From NCBI GenBank assembly GCA_963700285.1, contig CAVOXA010000001.1, positions 1,248,001 through 1,312,000 of the forward strand: a stretch of 64,000 nucleotides of DNA, given 5' to 3'. The notes beneath the pieces were generated by a model. The model ran no database searches, was not told where the DNA came from, and saw only the letters and a list, made by a program, of their open reading frames with translations. Shown here in pieces: positions 40,844 to 49,938 of this stretch; position 1 is the first letter of the stretch; each line of letters opens with the position of its first letter. The position numbers and the translations under genes were made by a program. Source of the DNA: an uncultured Chloroflexia bacterium. GTDB lineage: Bacteria; Chloroflexota; Anaerolineae; JAAYZQ01.

Positions 40844-42418
40844 CTACTCCCATTCGATGGTTGCCGGCGGCTTGCTAGAGATGTCATAGACTATCCGGTT
40901 TACGTCTGGTACCTCGTTCACGATGCGGTTGCTGACACGAGCGAGCAGGTCGTAGGGCAGCCGTGCCCAGTCGGCGGTCATAAAATCGTCGGTGGTGACG
41001 GCCCGCAGGGCCACGACGTTGGCATAGGTTCGCCCATCGCCCATGACTCCCACGCTACGCACCGGCAGCAGGACGGCAAAGGCTTGGGCCGTACCCGATC
41101 CGCTCCGCTGGTGCAGCAGGCCGGCCTGCTCTAGCTCCTGGGTAAAGATAGCGTCAGCGGCCCGCAGCGTTTCCAGCCTGTCCCAGGTTACCTCGCCCAG
41201 AATCCGAACACCCAATCCAGGTCCGGGGAAAGGCTGGCGCTGGATGATGCTGTCAGGCAGGCCAAGCTCGGCACCCACGGCCCGCACCTCGTCCTTGAAT
41301 AGAAAGCGCAGGGGTTCCACCAGTTCCATCTGCATGTCTTCCGGTAGACCACCAACGTTGTGATGGGTCTTGATGCGGTGCGCTCCGGGACGGCCGGTTC
41401 CAGCGCTTTCGATCACGTCGGGATAGATGGTTCCCTGGGCCAGGTAATCGAACTGGCCAAGCCTGCGGGCCTCGCTTTCAAAGACCCGTACAAATCGCTC
41501 GCCAATGATCCGCCGCTTCTCTTCCGGGTCGGTGACACCCGCCAGCGCTTCGAGATACTCCTCGACGGCGTGGACTGCCACCAGTCGCATTCCCTGTTCC
41601 TGCTCGAAGGTACGGATAACCTGCTCCGGCTCGCCCAACCGCAGCATCCCGTGGTCCACAAAGACGCAGGTGAGCTGGTCGCCAATGGCGCGATGGACCA
41701 GGGTAGCCGCCACGGCCGAATCTACGCCCCCAGACAGGCCACATAGTACTTGGCCATCTCCCACCTGCTGGCGGATCGCTGCAACTGCCTCATCGATCAA
41801 GTGCTTGGCTGTCCAGGTACCATGCAAGCCGCACACCTGGTAGACAAAGTTGCCGATCACTTGCGCCCCTTGCGGGGTGTGCGTCACTTCTGGATGAAAT
41901 TGTAGCCCGTACAAACCACGGCTGGCGTTCGCCATGGCAGCGATGGGCGAGTTGCTGGTCTGGGCCACCGCCGCAAAGCCCGGCGGCAGGCTCTCGATAC
42001 GGTCTCCATGGCTCATCCAAACCGATATCGGTGACTCAAGCTCAGCAAGCAGCAAACAGGCAGGGTCGGAGACGCTCAGCTCTGCCGGGCCGTATTCCCT
42101 ATGCTGGGCGGGAGCCACCCGCCCGCCCAAGTTGTGGGCAAGGAGTTGCATCCCATAGCACAGGCCCAGCACTGGCAGCTTGCTCTCCAGGACGTAGGCT
42201 GGCAGCCGGGGTGCGTTGGGCCCGTAGACGCTGCTTGGCCCGCCACTGAGGATGAACCCTCGCGGTTCCAGCGCCAGGACTTTTTCAGCGGGGGCATCAT
42301 AATCGAACATCTCGCAGTACACGTGGGCTTCGCGCACGCGCCTGGCGATGAGTTGGCTGTACTGAGAGCCAAAGTCGAGGATCGCGATGGCCTCGTAATC
42401 GGGTTTGTGTTGATTCAT
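40844..42418 (-). CDS. guaA: GMP synthase (glutamine-hydrolysing)
   Basis: [49 protein letters not shown]. Confidence 0.98.
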   Translation of the reverse strand: MNQHKPDYEAIAILDFGSQYSQLIARRVREAHVYCEMFDYDAPAEKVLALEPRGFILSGGPSSVYGPNAPRLPAYVLESKLPVLGLCYGMQLLAHNLGGRVAPAQHREYGPAELSVSDPACLLLAELESPISVWMSHGDRIESLPPGFAAVAQTSNSPIAAMANASRGLYGLQFHPEVTHTPQGAQVIGNFVYQVCGLHGTWTAKHLIDEAVAAIRQQVGDGQVLCGLSGGVDSAVAATLVHRAIGDQLTCVFVDHGMLRLGEPEQVIRTFEQEQGMRLVAVHAVEEYLEALAGVTDPEEKRRIIGERFVRVFESEARRLGQFDYLAQGTIYPDVIESAGTGRPGAHRIKTHHNVGGLPEDMQMELVEPLRFLFKDEVRAVGAELGLPDSIIQRQPFPGPGLGVRILGEVTWDRLETLRAADAIFTQELEQAGLLHQRSGSGTAQAFAVLLPVRSVGVMGDGRTYANVVALRAVTTDDFMTADWARLPYDLLARVSNRIVNEVPDVNRIVYDISSKPPATIEWE

Positions 42419-42499
42419 TGGCTTGGGCCAAAGCCTGTCTTCGAGTCTTGTCGATGGAGCTGGCTCATCTGCACCGTTGTCCTGCTACTGGGCCAATCC

Positions 42500-43072
42500 T
42501 CAGTCGGAAAACGTGATCTGGTCGTCGGTCATGCTGGCGATCGTCACCAAAGCTCGCAGAGGCACTCCCAGCGGTTCCAGTTTCTTGCGCCCGCCTTCAA
42601 AGGCCTTCTCGATGAGGGCGCCAATGCCTGCCAGCTCGGCGCCTGCGTGGTGAACCATACGCACCAGCGCATTGATGGTCTGACCACTGGCCAAAAAGTC
42701 GTCAATGATGAGTACCCGATCTCCTGGGCCCAGGAACTCTGGTGAACACATGAGAAAGACCGAGACACCCTTGGTGTGCGAAGGCGCTGCCTCGACATAC
42801 ACCGGCTCGGTCATCGTGACGGGCTTTGTCTTGCGCGCATAGAGCAGGGGAATGTCCAAGCCTAGAGCGGTGGTAAGAGCGGGCGCAATGCCCGAGATCT
42901 CGGCCGTCAGTACTTTCGTCGCCTTTACGTCCGCAAAGCAGACGGCAAGCTCTCGCCCAGCTTCCAGCATCAGGGTCGGATCGACCTGGTGGTTGATAAA
43001 GCTATCGACCTTGAGAATGCCCTTGCCCAGGTTCTCTCCGTCGCGCAAGATCCGTTCCTTCAGCGCTTCCAT
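42500..43072 (-). CDS. xpt: Xanthine phosphoribosyltransferase
   Basis: LKVDSFINHQVDP, E.SGI, VLIIDDFLASG, IEKAF. Promoter TTGTAA-17-TAGACT at 43106-43134. Confidence 0.92.
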   Translation of the reverse strand: MEALKERILRDGENLGKGILKVDSFINHQVDPTLMLEAGRELAVCFADVKATKVLTAEISGIAPALTTALGLDIPLLYARKTKPVTMTEPVYVEAAPSHTKGVSVFLMCSPEFLGPGDRVLIIDDFLASGQTINALVRMVHHAGAELAGIGALIEKAFEGGRKKLEPLGVPLRALVTIASMTDDQITFSD

Positions 43073-43185
43073 TGCACTTTTCCTCCCAAGGCTGAGTTCC
43101 AGCATAGTCTACCACATCCAACCCAAGATTACAAAGCTGGTACGGGTGTTGTGCCAGATTGCCAGATTGGGGACCTGTTTGACCT

Positions 43186-43214
43186 TTGCCATCCAGCCGA
43201 GCATGGGGTATAAT
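43186..43214 (+). promoter_or_regulatory. sigma70-type promoter of nurA-HAS-herA
   Basis: TTGCCA (43186-43191), 17 bp, TATAAT (43209-43214). Confidence 0.7.
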
Positions 43215-43231
43215 GGGCAGCGGGAGAAGCC

Positions 43232-44395
43232 ATGACACTGGAACTGAACAAGATCAGCGGGCAAATCGACGAGATGGGACAGGTGCTGGCCTCTCGTGCA
43301 GAACGCTTGCACAAGGTGCTGCCGGCCCTCCGTGCGCTCCGCTTGGCGTTCTCCGCTGACCTGGAGCGCCTGCGTGCTCTGGCCGTGTCGCCTTTGGGGC
43401 AGGAGGTCTGCTGTGCCTCACCCACTGAGGAACGCTTGGACGTGACGATGCCAGCGCCCACTCCCCCCGGATCTGCGACGATCATTGCCGCGGATGGTTC
43501 TCAGATCTATCCCGACACGCATGGTTGGGCGCTATACTACCTGATCAACGTCGGTAGCTTCGTCTATGGCCATGGCAGTGGTGAGGCGCCACAGGCGGCG
43601 ACCGAGCCACTGGTTGGCTATGGCGCTGACGAGGCCGGCAATCTGCTGACCAGCGAACAACTTGGCGCCCGACGGGACGTGGCCGAGATGCGCAAACTGG
43701 CCGAAAAAGCCCAGGAAGCATCGGGCGATGAGCCGCTGGTCGCCCTCTTGGACAGCACCCTTGGCCTGCGGGCTTGGTCGCCGGCCATCCCTCAGGCTGA
43801 ACAGGAATCGCTGCAACAGGACTATGCTGCCGCTCTGGACCGGTTGCGTGTATCAGGGGCTGCGCTTGCCGGGGTGGTCAGCCGCTCCCGGCGGGCCGGG
43901 GCTGTCAGCCTGCTCGAGCTGGCCAGCCGGGAAGATCCACAAAGCCCCTCGCCGGCTCTCTCTCCCTTCAGGGGCATCACGGATCAGGCGCTCTGGGGCG
44001 ATCTGCGCGCAGGCCAGCGGTCCGCGCTGATGTCGGAAGGCGGCTCTCCGCCTGTCTACTTTTTCTACCTCAACACGCAGCCGCCCGATGCGCCGCAGCC
44101 GCTTGAGGCCGAAGCGGAGCCCGCGCGCATTGAGGTCCCCGAATGGGTGGCCCTGAGCAGAGAAAAGCTCGATTGGGTGCACGCGTTGGTGTATGACCAG
44201 TGCAGCATAAACAGTGGCTATCCCTACGCCCTCACCAGGGCCGATGAACTGGCCATCATTCTCGGCGAGGAGCGCGAGGCACTGGAAATGATGATCCTGC
44301 AGTCCGCAAGCCGGCAGGGAGCGCCTTTTCTTCGGTCATCTTATAAGGAAGCGCAAAAGCGGATTGCCCGCGTCCAGCTCAGGAGGCGCAATTGA
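43232..44395 (+). CDS. nurA: NurA-domain nuclease
   Basis: AADGSQIYP, YLINVG, LLDSTL, ARIEVPEW, GYPYALTRADELA. Confidence 0.85.
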   Translation: MTLELNKISGQIDEMGQVLASRAERLHKVLPALRALRLAFSADLERLRALAVSPLGQEVCCASPTEERLDVTMPAPTPPGSATIIAADGSQIYPDTHGWALYYLINVGSFVYGHGSGEAPQAATEPLVGYGADEAGNLLTSEQLGARRDVAEMRKLAEKAQEASGDEPLVALLDSTLGLRAWSPAIPQAEQESLQQDYAAALDRLRVSGAALAGVVSRSRRAGAVSLLELASREDPQSPSPALSPFRGITDQALWGDLRAGQRSALMSEGGSPPVYFFYLNTQPPDAPQPLEAEAEPARIEVPEWVALSREKLDWVHALVYDQCSINSGYPYALTRADELAIILGEEREALEMMILQSASRQGAPFLRSSYKEAQKRIARVQLRRRN

Positions 44396-44982
44396 GCGGT
44401 AAAGTCTATCAGGTAGGAAAGGTGGTCAGCGCCAGCAACGCGCGCTTTGCATTGGCCTGCCGGTCGCTTGCGTCGGAGGTACCCACCTTTGGGTCGCTGG
44501 TCAAAGCCAAATCGGAGCATGATATCGTCATCCTGGGACTGGTCCGCGATGTCCTGTTGTTGGACGATCCCCTCATCCGTCAGGTAGCCATTCTGGCCGA
44601 GGACCGGCCCGAACTGGTTGCTGACCAGCACCAGCGCCTGTTGCCCATCGAAGTTCATGTTCAGGTGGTCGGCCATCGTTGTGACGACCGGTGGTGCTAC
44701 TGGTTGCCACCACAGCCTCCCATGACTTTGGCCCGCATCGTGACCTGCACTGGCGAGGAGTTGTGTGGTTTCTCAGAGCGCTTTGACTACTTCCGGCTTG
44801 TGCTTGAAGGCCGGGATCTGCTCGGTGATGAACTGCTGGCGACGCATTTGCGCTTCGCGGGGGCGGCGCGCGAGGGTCAAGCTAAAAATGACTACCTGCT
44901 GGATGCTGGGCGCGAACTGGCCCGCTTGCTGGCCGTTGATCTGCCGCGGCTGGATGCCATATTGCGGAGGATACGGCCATGA
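44392..44982 (+). CDS. HAS-barrel domain protein
   Basis: GKVVSAS, PTFGSLVK, ILGLV, LPPQPP; overlaps both nurA and herA by 4 nt. Confidence 0.75.
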   Translation: MSGKVYQVGKVVSASNARFALACRSLASEVPTFGSLVKAKSEHDIVILGLVRDVLLLDDPLIRQVAILAEDRPELVADQHQRLLPIEVHVQVVGHRCDDRWCYWLPPQPPMTLARIVTCTGEELCGFSERFDYFRLVLEGRDLLGDELLATHLRFAGAAREGQAKNDYLLDAGRELARLLAVDLPRLDAILRRIRP

Positions 44983-46715
44983 CGGATGCGTACAGCGAAC
45001 TGGATGGCTTTCTTTCTCGCGTGCCCTCAGCCCCAGCCGGGCCCCTGGAGGCTCGCCGCCTGGGTGTCGTCGTTGGCGGCAGCCTGAGCAAGGGGCTCAA
45101 CGTCAAGCTGGACCGCAGTACTGTCGTAGAGGGCATGGCTGTGGGCCGTTATGTGGTAATCCAGGGGCAGACGGGCCGCCGTTTCTTTAGCATCATCACC
45201 GACGTTGTCCTGGATAGTACCAATCCCGTCATCGAAAAGACGCCGCCCGATACTTCGGATCCTTTTCTAGCCCAGGTCCACCGGGGTACCACGGTTTTTG
45301 GCCGGCTGGAAGTGTCGCCCATGCTGGTGCTGGACCCATCGACAGGCTCGGCGCCTGGCGGTAGTAGCGAACCCAAGCCGGTCAAGACGGTTCCCGCTCA
45401 TTTCTCATCCGTCTTTGAAGCGACCGAAGAAGACGTCAACCAGGTCTTTGGCGGCGCGGCGGATGGCCATTTTTACATCGGAGCGCCGCTGGACATGGAA
45501 AACGTGCGCGTCCACCTGAACCTGGATCGCCTGGTAGAGCGTTCTAGCGGCGTCTTTGGCAAAAGCGGCACGGGCAAGACTTTCCTGACGAGGACGCTGC
45601 TGGCCGGTATCGTCAAGCAGAATGCGGCCGTGAATCTCGTCTTTGATATGCACAATGAGTACGGTTGGGAGAGCCAGGCAGAGGGACGCCATAGCGTCAA
45701 GGGCCTGCGCCAGATCTTCTCTTCAGGCCAGGTCAGCGTGATGACGCTGGATCCCGAGTCGTCGAGGCGCCGGGGCAGCAAGGTAGATTTCGATGTGCGC
45801 ATTGGCTACGATCAGATCGAGCCTGAGGACGTCGAAATGCTCAGCAGCTTGCTGGGTCTGACCGATGTCCAGGTGGGAGCCCTGTTCTTCCTGCGGCGTC
45901 GCCTTGGCCGCAACTGGATCGAAATCCTGCTCGCTGAGGGAGAGGATGAGGACGAAGGATCCACAAGGCTGGACGACCTTTTGGAAGAGGGCAAGCTCCA
46001 CGGCGGCACGCTGGGGGCCATCCAGCGAAAGCTGGGCATGTTCCGGCGCTTTGACTTTTTGCGGCCAAAGGCCCACCAGGACGTCGTGGGTACGATTATG
46101 GAGCACCTGGATCGGGGCGTTCACGTCATCCTGGAGTTTGGACGCTACGGCAGTCAGTTGGAAGCCTATATCCTGGTCGCCAACTACCTGACCCGGCGTA
46201 TCCACAGCCGCTATGTGCGCCACATGGAAGAGGCTTTGGGCAATAAATCTGAGGAGCCCACACCGCTGGTCATCACCATTGAGGAGGCGCACAAATTCCT
46301 GGATCCTGTCATTGCCCGCCAGACGATTTTCGGCACCATTGCCCGCGAGCTGCGCAAGTACAATGTCACCCTGCTCATCGTGGACCAGCGGCCCAGTGGT
46401 ATTGACGAAGAGGTGATGAGCCAGATCGGTACCCGGGTCACGGCCTTGCTTGACAATGAGGCCGACATCCGGGCGGTATTCACAGGCGTGTCCGGGGCCG
46501 GGGAACTGCGACAGGTACTGGCCCGGCTCGATACGCGCCAGCAGGCCCTGATCCTGGGCCACGCCGTGCCCATGCCTGTGGTCGTCCAGACGCGGCTCTA
46601 TGGCCCAGATCTTTACGCTGAACTAGGCCACATCGAGGGAGAGGCGCTGAGTGAAAAGCTGGCACAGAACGTGCAAATGATGCGTCCTGACGAGGACTTT
46701 GAAGGCTTTGACTAG
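44979..46715 (+). CDS. herA: HerA-family ATPase/DNA translocase
   Basis: N-terminal barrel, Walker A GKSGTGKT, FDMHNEY, Walker B IEEAH, IARELRKY, DQRPS. Confidence 0.9.
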   Translation: MTDAYSELDGFLSRVPSAPAGPLEARRLGVVVGGSLSKGLNVKLDRSTVVEGMAVGRYVVIQGQTGRRFFSIITDVVLDSTNPVIEKTPPDTSDPFLAQVHRGTTVFGRLEVSPMLVLDPSTGSAPGGSSEPKPVKTVPAHFSSVFEATEEDVNQVFGGAADGHFYIGAPLDMENVRVHLNLDRLVERSSGVFGKSGTGKTFLTRTLLAGIVKQNAAVNLVFDMHNEYGWESQAEGRHSVKGLRQIFSSGQVSVMTLDPESSRRRGSKVDFDVRIGYDQIEPEDVEMLSSLLGLTDVQVGALFFLRRRLGRNWIEILLAEGEDEDEGSTRLDDLLEEGKLHGGTLGAIQRKLGMFRRFDFLRPKAHQDVVGTIMEHLDRGVHVILEFGRYGSQLEAYILVANYLTRRIHSRYVRHMEEALGNKSEEPTPLVITIEEAHKFLDPVIARQTIFGTIARELRKYNVTLLIVDQRPSGIDEEVMSQIGTRVTALLDNEADIRAVFTGVSGAGELRQVLARLDTRQQALILGHAVPMPVVVQTRLYGPDLYAELGHIEGEALSEKLAQNVQMMRPDEDFEGFD

Positions 46716-46790
46716 GGCCCGGGTCCTGTTCGCGGTGACCTGGCTGGTCGCTACCCCGGTCAGGATCCTAGAGTTGACGTAACTGTAAAC

Positions 46791-46819
46791 TTGTCACCCG
46801 AGTTCTTTCGTGGTAGAAT
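46791..46819 (+). promoter_or_regulatory. sigma70-type promoter of FAH-cdaA
   Basis: TTGTCA, 17 bp, TAGAAT, TG-extended. Confidence 0.6.
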
Positions 46820-46905
46820 CCGATCCGTGGCTTCCTTCATGGTCGCCTGGCGGTTCTCTGGGAAGAGAGCGTGGTATCCAACCCTGCTGAGAAAGGCCGA
46901 AACAC

Positions 46906-47670
46906 ATGAGACTTGTTCGTTATCTTCTGGACGGTGACATCGGCTATGGCGTCATCGTCGAGCAGGTGGTGCACAAACTAGAGTCCGGCCCCTGGGGGCG
47001 TTTGCGACCGGGACCGGCGGTTTCTGCACTGCCGGATGTGACCCTGCTCGCCCCTTGCGAGCCCACCAAGGTGGTGGCCGTGGGCCGAAACTATGCCGCC
47101 CATGCCGCCGAGCATGGCTCGGAGGTGCCCAGTGAGCCCCTTATCTTTCTAAAACCTCCCAGCGCTGTCATCGGGCCCGGGCAGCCCATCATCTATCCCG
47201 GACGCTTGTCCCAGCACGTGGAGCACGAAGGCGAGTTGGTTGTGGTTGTGGGTCGACGGGCGCGTTACGTGCCCCGCGAGGAAGCCTTCTCTGTGGTGCT
47301 CGGCTACACCTGCGGCTGTGACGTGACCGCGCGCGACCTGCAACGCAGGGATGGGCAGTGGGCCCGGGCCAAGGGCTTTGATACCTTTTGCCCTTTGGGA
47401 CCCTGGATTGAGACTGAACTCGACATAAGTGATCTGGCAGTGCGAGCCCTCGTGAACGATCAGGTGCGCCAGGATGGCCGCACGAAGGACATGGTCTATC
47501 CCGTGGATGAACTGATCGCCTACGTGTCGGCCTTCATGACCCTCGAGCCGGGCGACGTCATCATGACCGGTACGCCCGAGGGCGTTAGCTCCGTGGTGCC
47601 GGGAGATCAGATCAAAATAGAGATCGAGGGAATTGGTACCCTCGAAAACAGGGTTGAAGGAACCAAGTAG
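46906..47670 (+). CDS. Fumarylacetoacetate hydrolase-family protein
   Basis: GRNYAAH, FLKPPS, EHEGEL, DVTARD.Q, AKGFDTFCPLGP, TGTPEGV. Confidence 0.93.
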   Translation: MRLVRYLLDGDIGYGVIVEQVVHKLESGPWGRLRPGPAVSALPDVTLLAPCEPTKVVAVGRNYAAHAAEHGSEVPSEPLIFLKPPSAVIGPGQPIIYPGRLSQHVEHEGELVVVVGRRARYVPREEAFSVVLGYTCGCDVTARDLQRRDGQWARAKGFDTFCPLGPWIETELDISDLAVRALVNDQVRQDGRTKDMVYPVDELIAYVSAFMTLEPGDVIMTGTPEGVSSVVPGDQIKIEIEGIGTLENRVEGTK

Positions 47671-47682
47671 CGGAGATTTGCT

Positions 47683-48483
47683 TTGGAGGATGTCCTTTGG
47701 GTTCTGTCCCATATGGAGCCTGTGGATGTCGTCGACATCCTGCTGGTTGCCATTGTCTTCTATCTGCTGTTTTCCCTGGCAAAGGGGACGCAGGCAGTCC
47801 AGTTGTTCCGTGGAGTAGTCCTCGTCATTCTGGTGGCTTTCCTGGCCGGGCAGATCTTGCCCTTCACGGGCTTCACCTGGCTCCTCCGAGCCTCGTGGCC
47901 AGCCCTGTTGATCTCGATCCCGGTGATCTTTCAGCCCGAGCTGCGCCGTGCTTTGGAGCGGCTGGGGCGGACGGGCAGTTTCCTGGTCCGGCCGCAGCAG
48001 GACGAGGTCGTGGATCCGGTGATCGACGAGGTTGCACGGGCGGCCCACCGCTTGTCAGGGGAGCGTCATGGGGCGCTGATCGTCTTTGAGCGGGAGACCG
48101 GTCTGCAGGAGTTTGTCGAGACGGGCGTGCCCATCGACGCCGACGTGAACGCGGAACTGCTGCGCACCATCTTTCACCCGAACACGGCGCTTCACGACAA
48201 GGCAGTCATCATCCGCGATGGCAGGATCGCCGCTGCCAGTTCGATGCTGCCCGTAACCCACAATCCTCAGTACAGTGGCATGGGTACCCGCCACCGGGCG
48301 GCTGTGGGTCTGACAGAAGAGAGCGACGCCCTTGTGGTCATCGTATCAGAGGAGACCGGGGTCATCTCCGTCGCCTACAACGGCAAGATCGTCCGTCGCC
48401 TCGACATAAACAGGCTGCGGAACGTGCTGCTGGCCTTCTTCCAGCATCAGCTCGGGGGCCGTGGCTGGACCAATCGGATCTAG
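47683..48483 (+). CDS. cdaA: CdaA/DacA-type membrane diadenylate cyclase with atypical DKA motif
   Basis: 3 TM, VIFQPELRRALERLG, GALIVFER, IFHPNTALHDKAVII, GTRHRAA, IVSEETG.IS. Confidence 0.9.
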   Translation: MEDVLWVLSHMEPVDVVDILLVAIVFYLLFSLAKGTQAVQLFRGVVLVILVAFLAGQILPFTGFTWLLRASWPALLISIPVIFQPELRRALERLGRTGSFLVRPQQDEVVDPVIDEVARAAHRLSGERHGALIVFERETGLQEFVETGVPIDADVNAELLRTIFHPNTALHDKAVIIRDGRIAAASSMLPVTHNPQYSGMGTRHRAAVGLTEESDALVVIVSEETGVISVAYNGKIVRRLDINRLRNVLLAFFQHQLGGRGWTNRI

Positions 48484-48496
48484 GCGGGTTGGCAGG

Positions 48497-49054
48497 TTAG
48501 GGCTCGAGTGCCTTGTCAATCTCCCGGCTCAGTTGTGCCTGGGTGATGGCGCCGAGAAAGTGGTGGACGAGGTTCCCCTGACCATCGACGACAAAGGTCT
48601 CGGGGACGCCGGTTACGCCGTAGGAGCGTGCGGTGTGGTTGCCGGGGTCTATGGCGCTTGGGTAGGTCACTTTGAACTTGTCCAGGAAGGCCTGGGCCTT
48701 TGACGCGGCATCCTTGTAGGCGATGCCATAGAATTGCACCCCTTGGCCCTGGTAGTCGCGCCAGGTCTGCTCCAGATCGGCGGCTTCCTGTTGGCAGGGG
48801 TCGCACCAACTGGCAAAATAGTTGATCACAACTACGTTGCCCCGTTGGGCAGCCAGGTTCATTGAGCTGCCGTCGAGGGCATTGAGCTGAAACTCAGGAA
48901 CTGGACTGCCGGTCTGGGGTAGCTCGGTGGGTTGATCGATAATGGCATAGCCGAGCAGGAACAGAACCAGCAGGGCAATAGCGCCAGCGGCGATCCAAGC
49001 TGGTGAAAAACCCCTTTGGGTATCATCCCTCTGAGGTGGATCGGACGTTTCCAT
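48497..49054 (-). CDS. TlpA/ResA/CcmG-family membrane-anchored thiol-disulfide oxidoreductase
   Basis: One TM, NYFASWCDPC, YGVTGVPETFVVD. Confidence 0.92.
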   Translation of the reverse strand: METSDPPQRDDTQRGFSPAWIAAGAIALLVLFLLGYAIIDQPTELPQTGSPVPEFQLNALDGSSMNLAAQRGNVVVINYFASWCDPCQQEAADLEQTWRDYQGQGVQFYGIAYKDAASKAQAFLDKFKVTYPSAIDPGNHTARSYGVTGVPETFVVDGQGNLVHHFLGAITQAQLSREIDKALEP

Positions 49055-49254
49055 CACGTTTCTCCTGAAAGAATTGGCCTGCATTGTACCTCAGGTTTTA
49101 CTGCCTGTCCAGCTAGAACAAGAGCGCAGGCGGCCCGTGGCAGAGTCACGTCAGCGGACCTTGCTGCGCGAGCCTGCGGGTGGTTGGCCGAATCAAGATA
49201 CAGTGCAGCAGCCCTGAGGGCGTAGGCGACGAGGAAAGGTAGTAGGGTAGCGCA

Positions 49255-49923
49255 TTGAAATTGGAAAACCTGAAAAACCTGAAAAACCGCATTCTGCCGG
49301 TCGTAACCATGGCCCTGGTCCTAATGCTCTTGGCCTTGCTCGTCCTCTCCCCAGCCGATACACGGCTGGGCAATATCGTAAAGCTGGCCTATCTCCACGG
49401 TGCGCTGAACTGGGCAGGCCTGTTCACTTTCTCCGCTGCCGGCGTGCTTGGAGCCGTGGCCCTGCTTTTCCGGCGCCCTGGATGGTATCGTGGTACGCAG
49501 GCGGCGGGACAGGCAGCTCTCATTGTGTGGTTTGTGTACATCATTTCCTCCGTACTTGTCACCGGGCTGACCTGGGGGCAGTGGATCGCCTGGAACGAAC
49601 CCAGGGTGCAGGCCACAGGCTTGATCCTGCTGGCAGCGGTGGTGCTGGCCATCGTCACTCGCCTGGTAGAAAATCGAGATTTCACCGCGGCCGTGAACCT
49701 GCTCATGGGCATTGTCCCCTGGATCGTGATTGGCCAGGCAGATGCCATCCGCCATCCGGCGGATCCCATCGGTGGGTCGGACTCGGCCGCCATCCAACTC
49801 TTCTTCCAGCTCATCGTGCTTGCTACGGTGGGACTGGCCGCCTCGCTCATCGCCTGGCTGTGGACCCGTCAGGAGCTTGCGACAAGGCCACAGTTGGCGG
49901 AGACAGGCTCTACCCCTGAATAA
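49255..49923 (+). CDS. CcmC/CcsA-like heme-handling membrane protein
   Basis: About 6 TM, YLHG, Trp-rich TWGQWIAWNEPR, second His in IRHP. Confidence 0.65.
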   Translation: MKLENLKNLKNRILPVVTMALVLMLLALLVLSPADTRLGNIVKLAYLHGALNWAGLFTFSAAGVLGAVALLFRRPGWYRGTQAAGQAALIVWFVYIISSVLVTGLTWGQWIAWNEPRVQATGLILLAAVVLAIVTRLVENRDFTAAVNLLMGIVPWIVIGQADAIRHPADPIGGSDSAAIQLFFQLIVLATVGLAASLIAWLWTRQELATRPQLAETGSTPE

Positions 49924-49938
49924 AAGGAGGCATCGCCC

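Noticed and set aside
43073-43140. Purine riboswitch upstream of xpt-guaA
   Set aside because: The predicted promoter leaves a leader of only about 25-30 nt, and no purine aptamer core is visible.
44979-48483. HerA/NurA and diadenylate cyclase as one DNA-damage or defence signalling operon
   Set aside because: A separate promoter (46791-46819) and an FAH gene intervene, and the cyclase is the membrane CdaA type rather than DisA.
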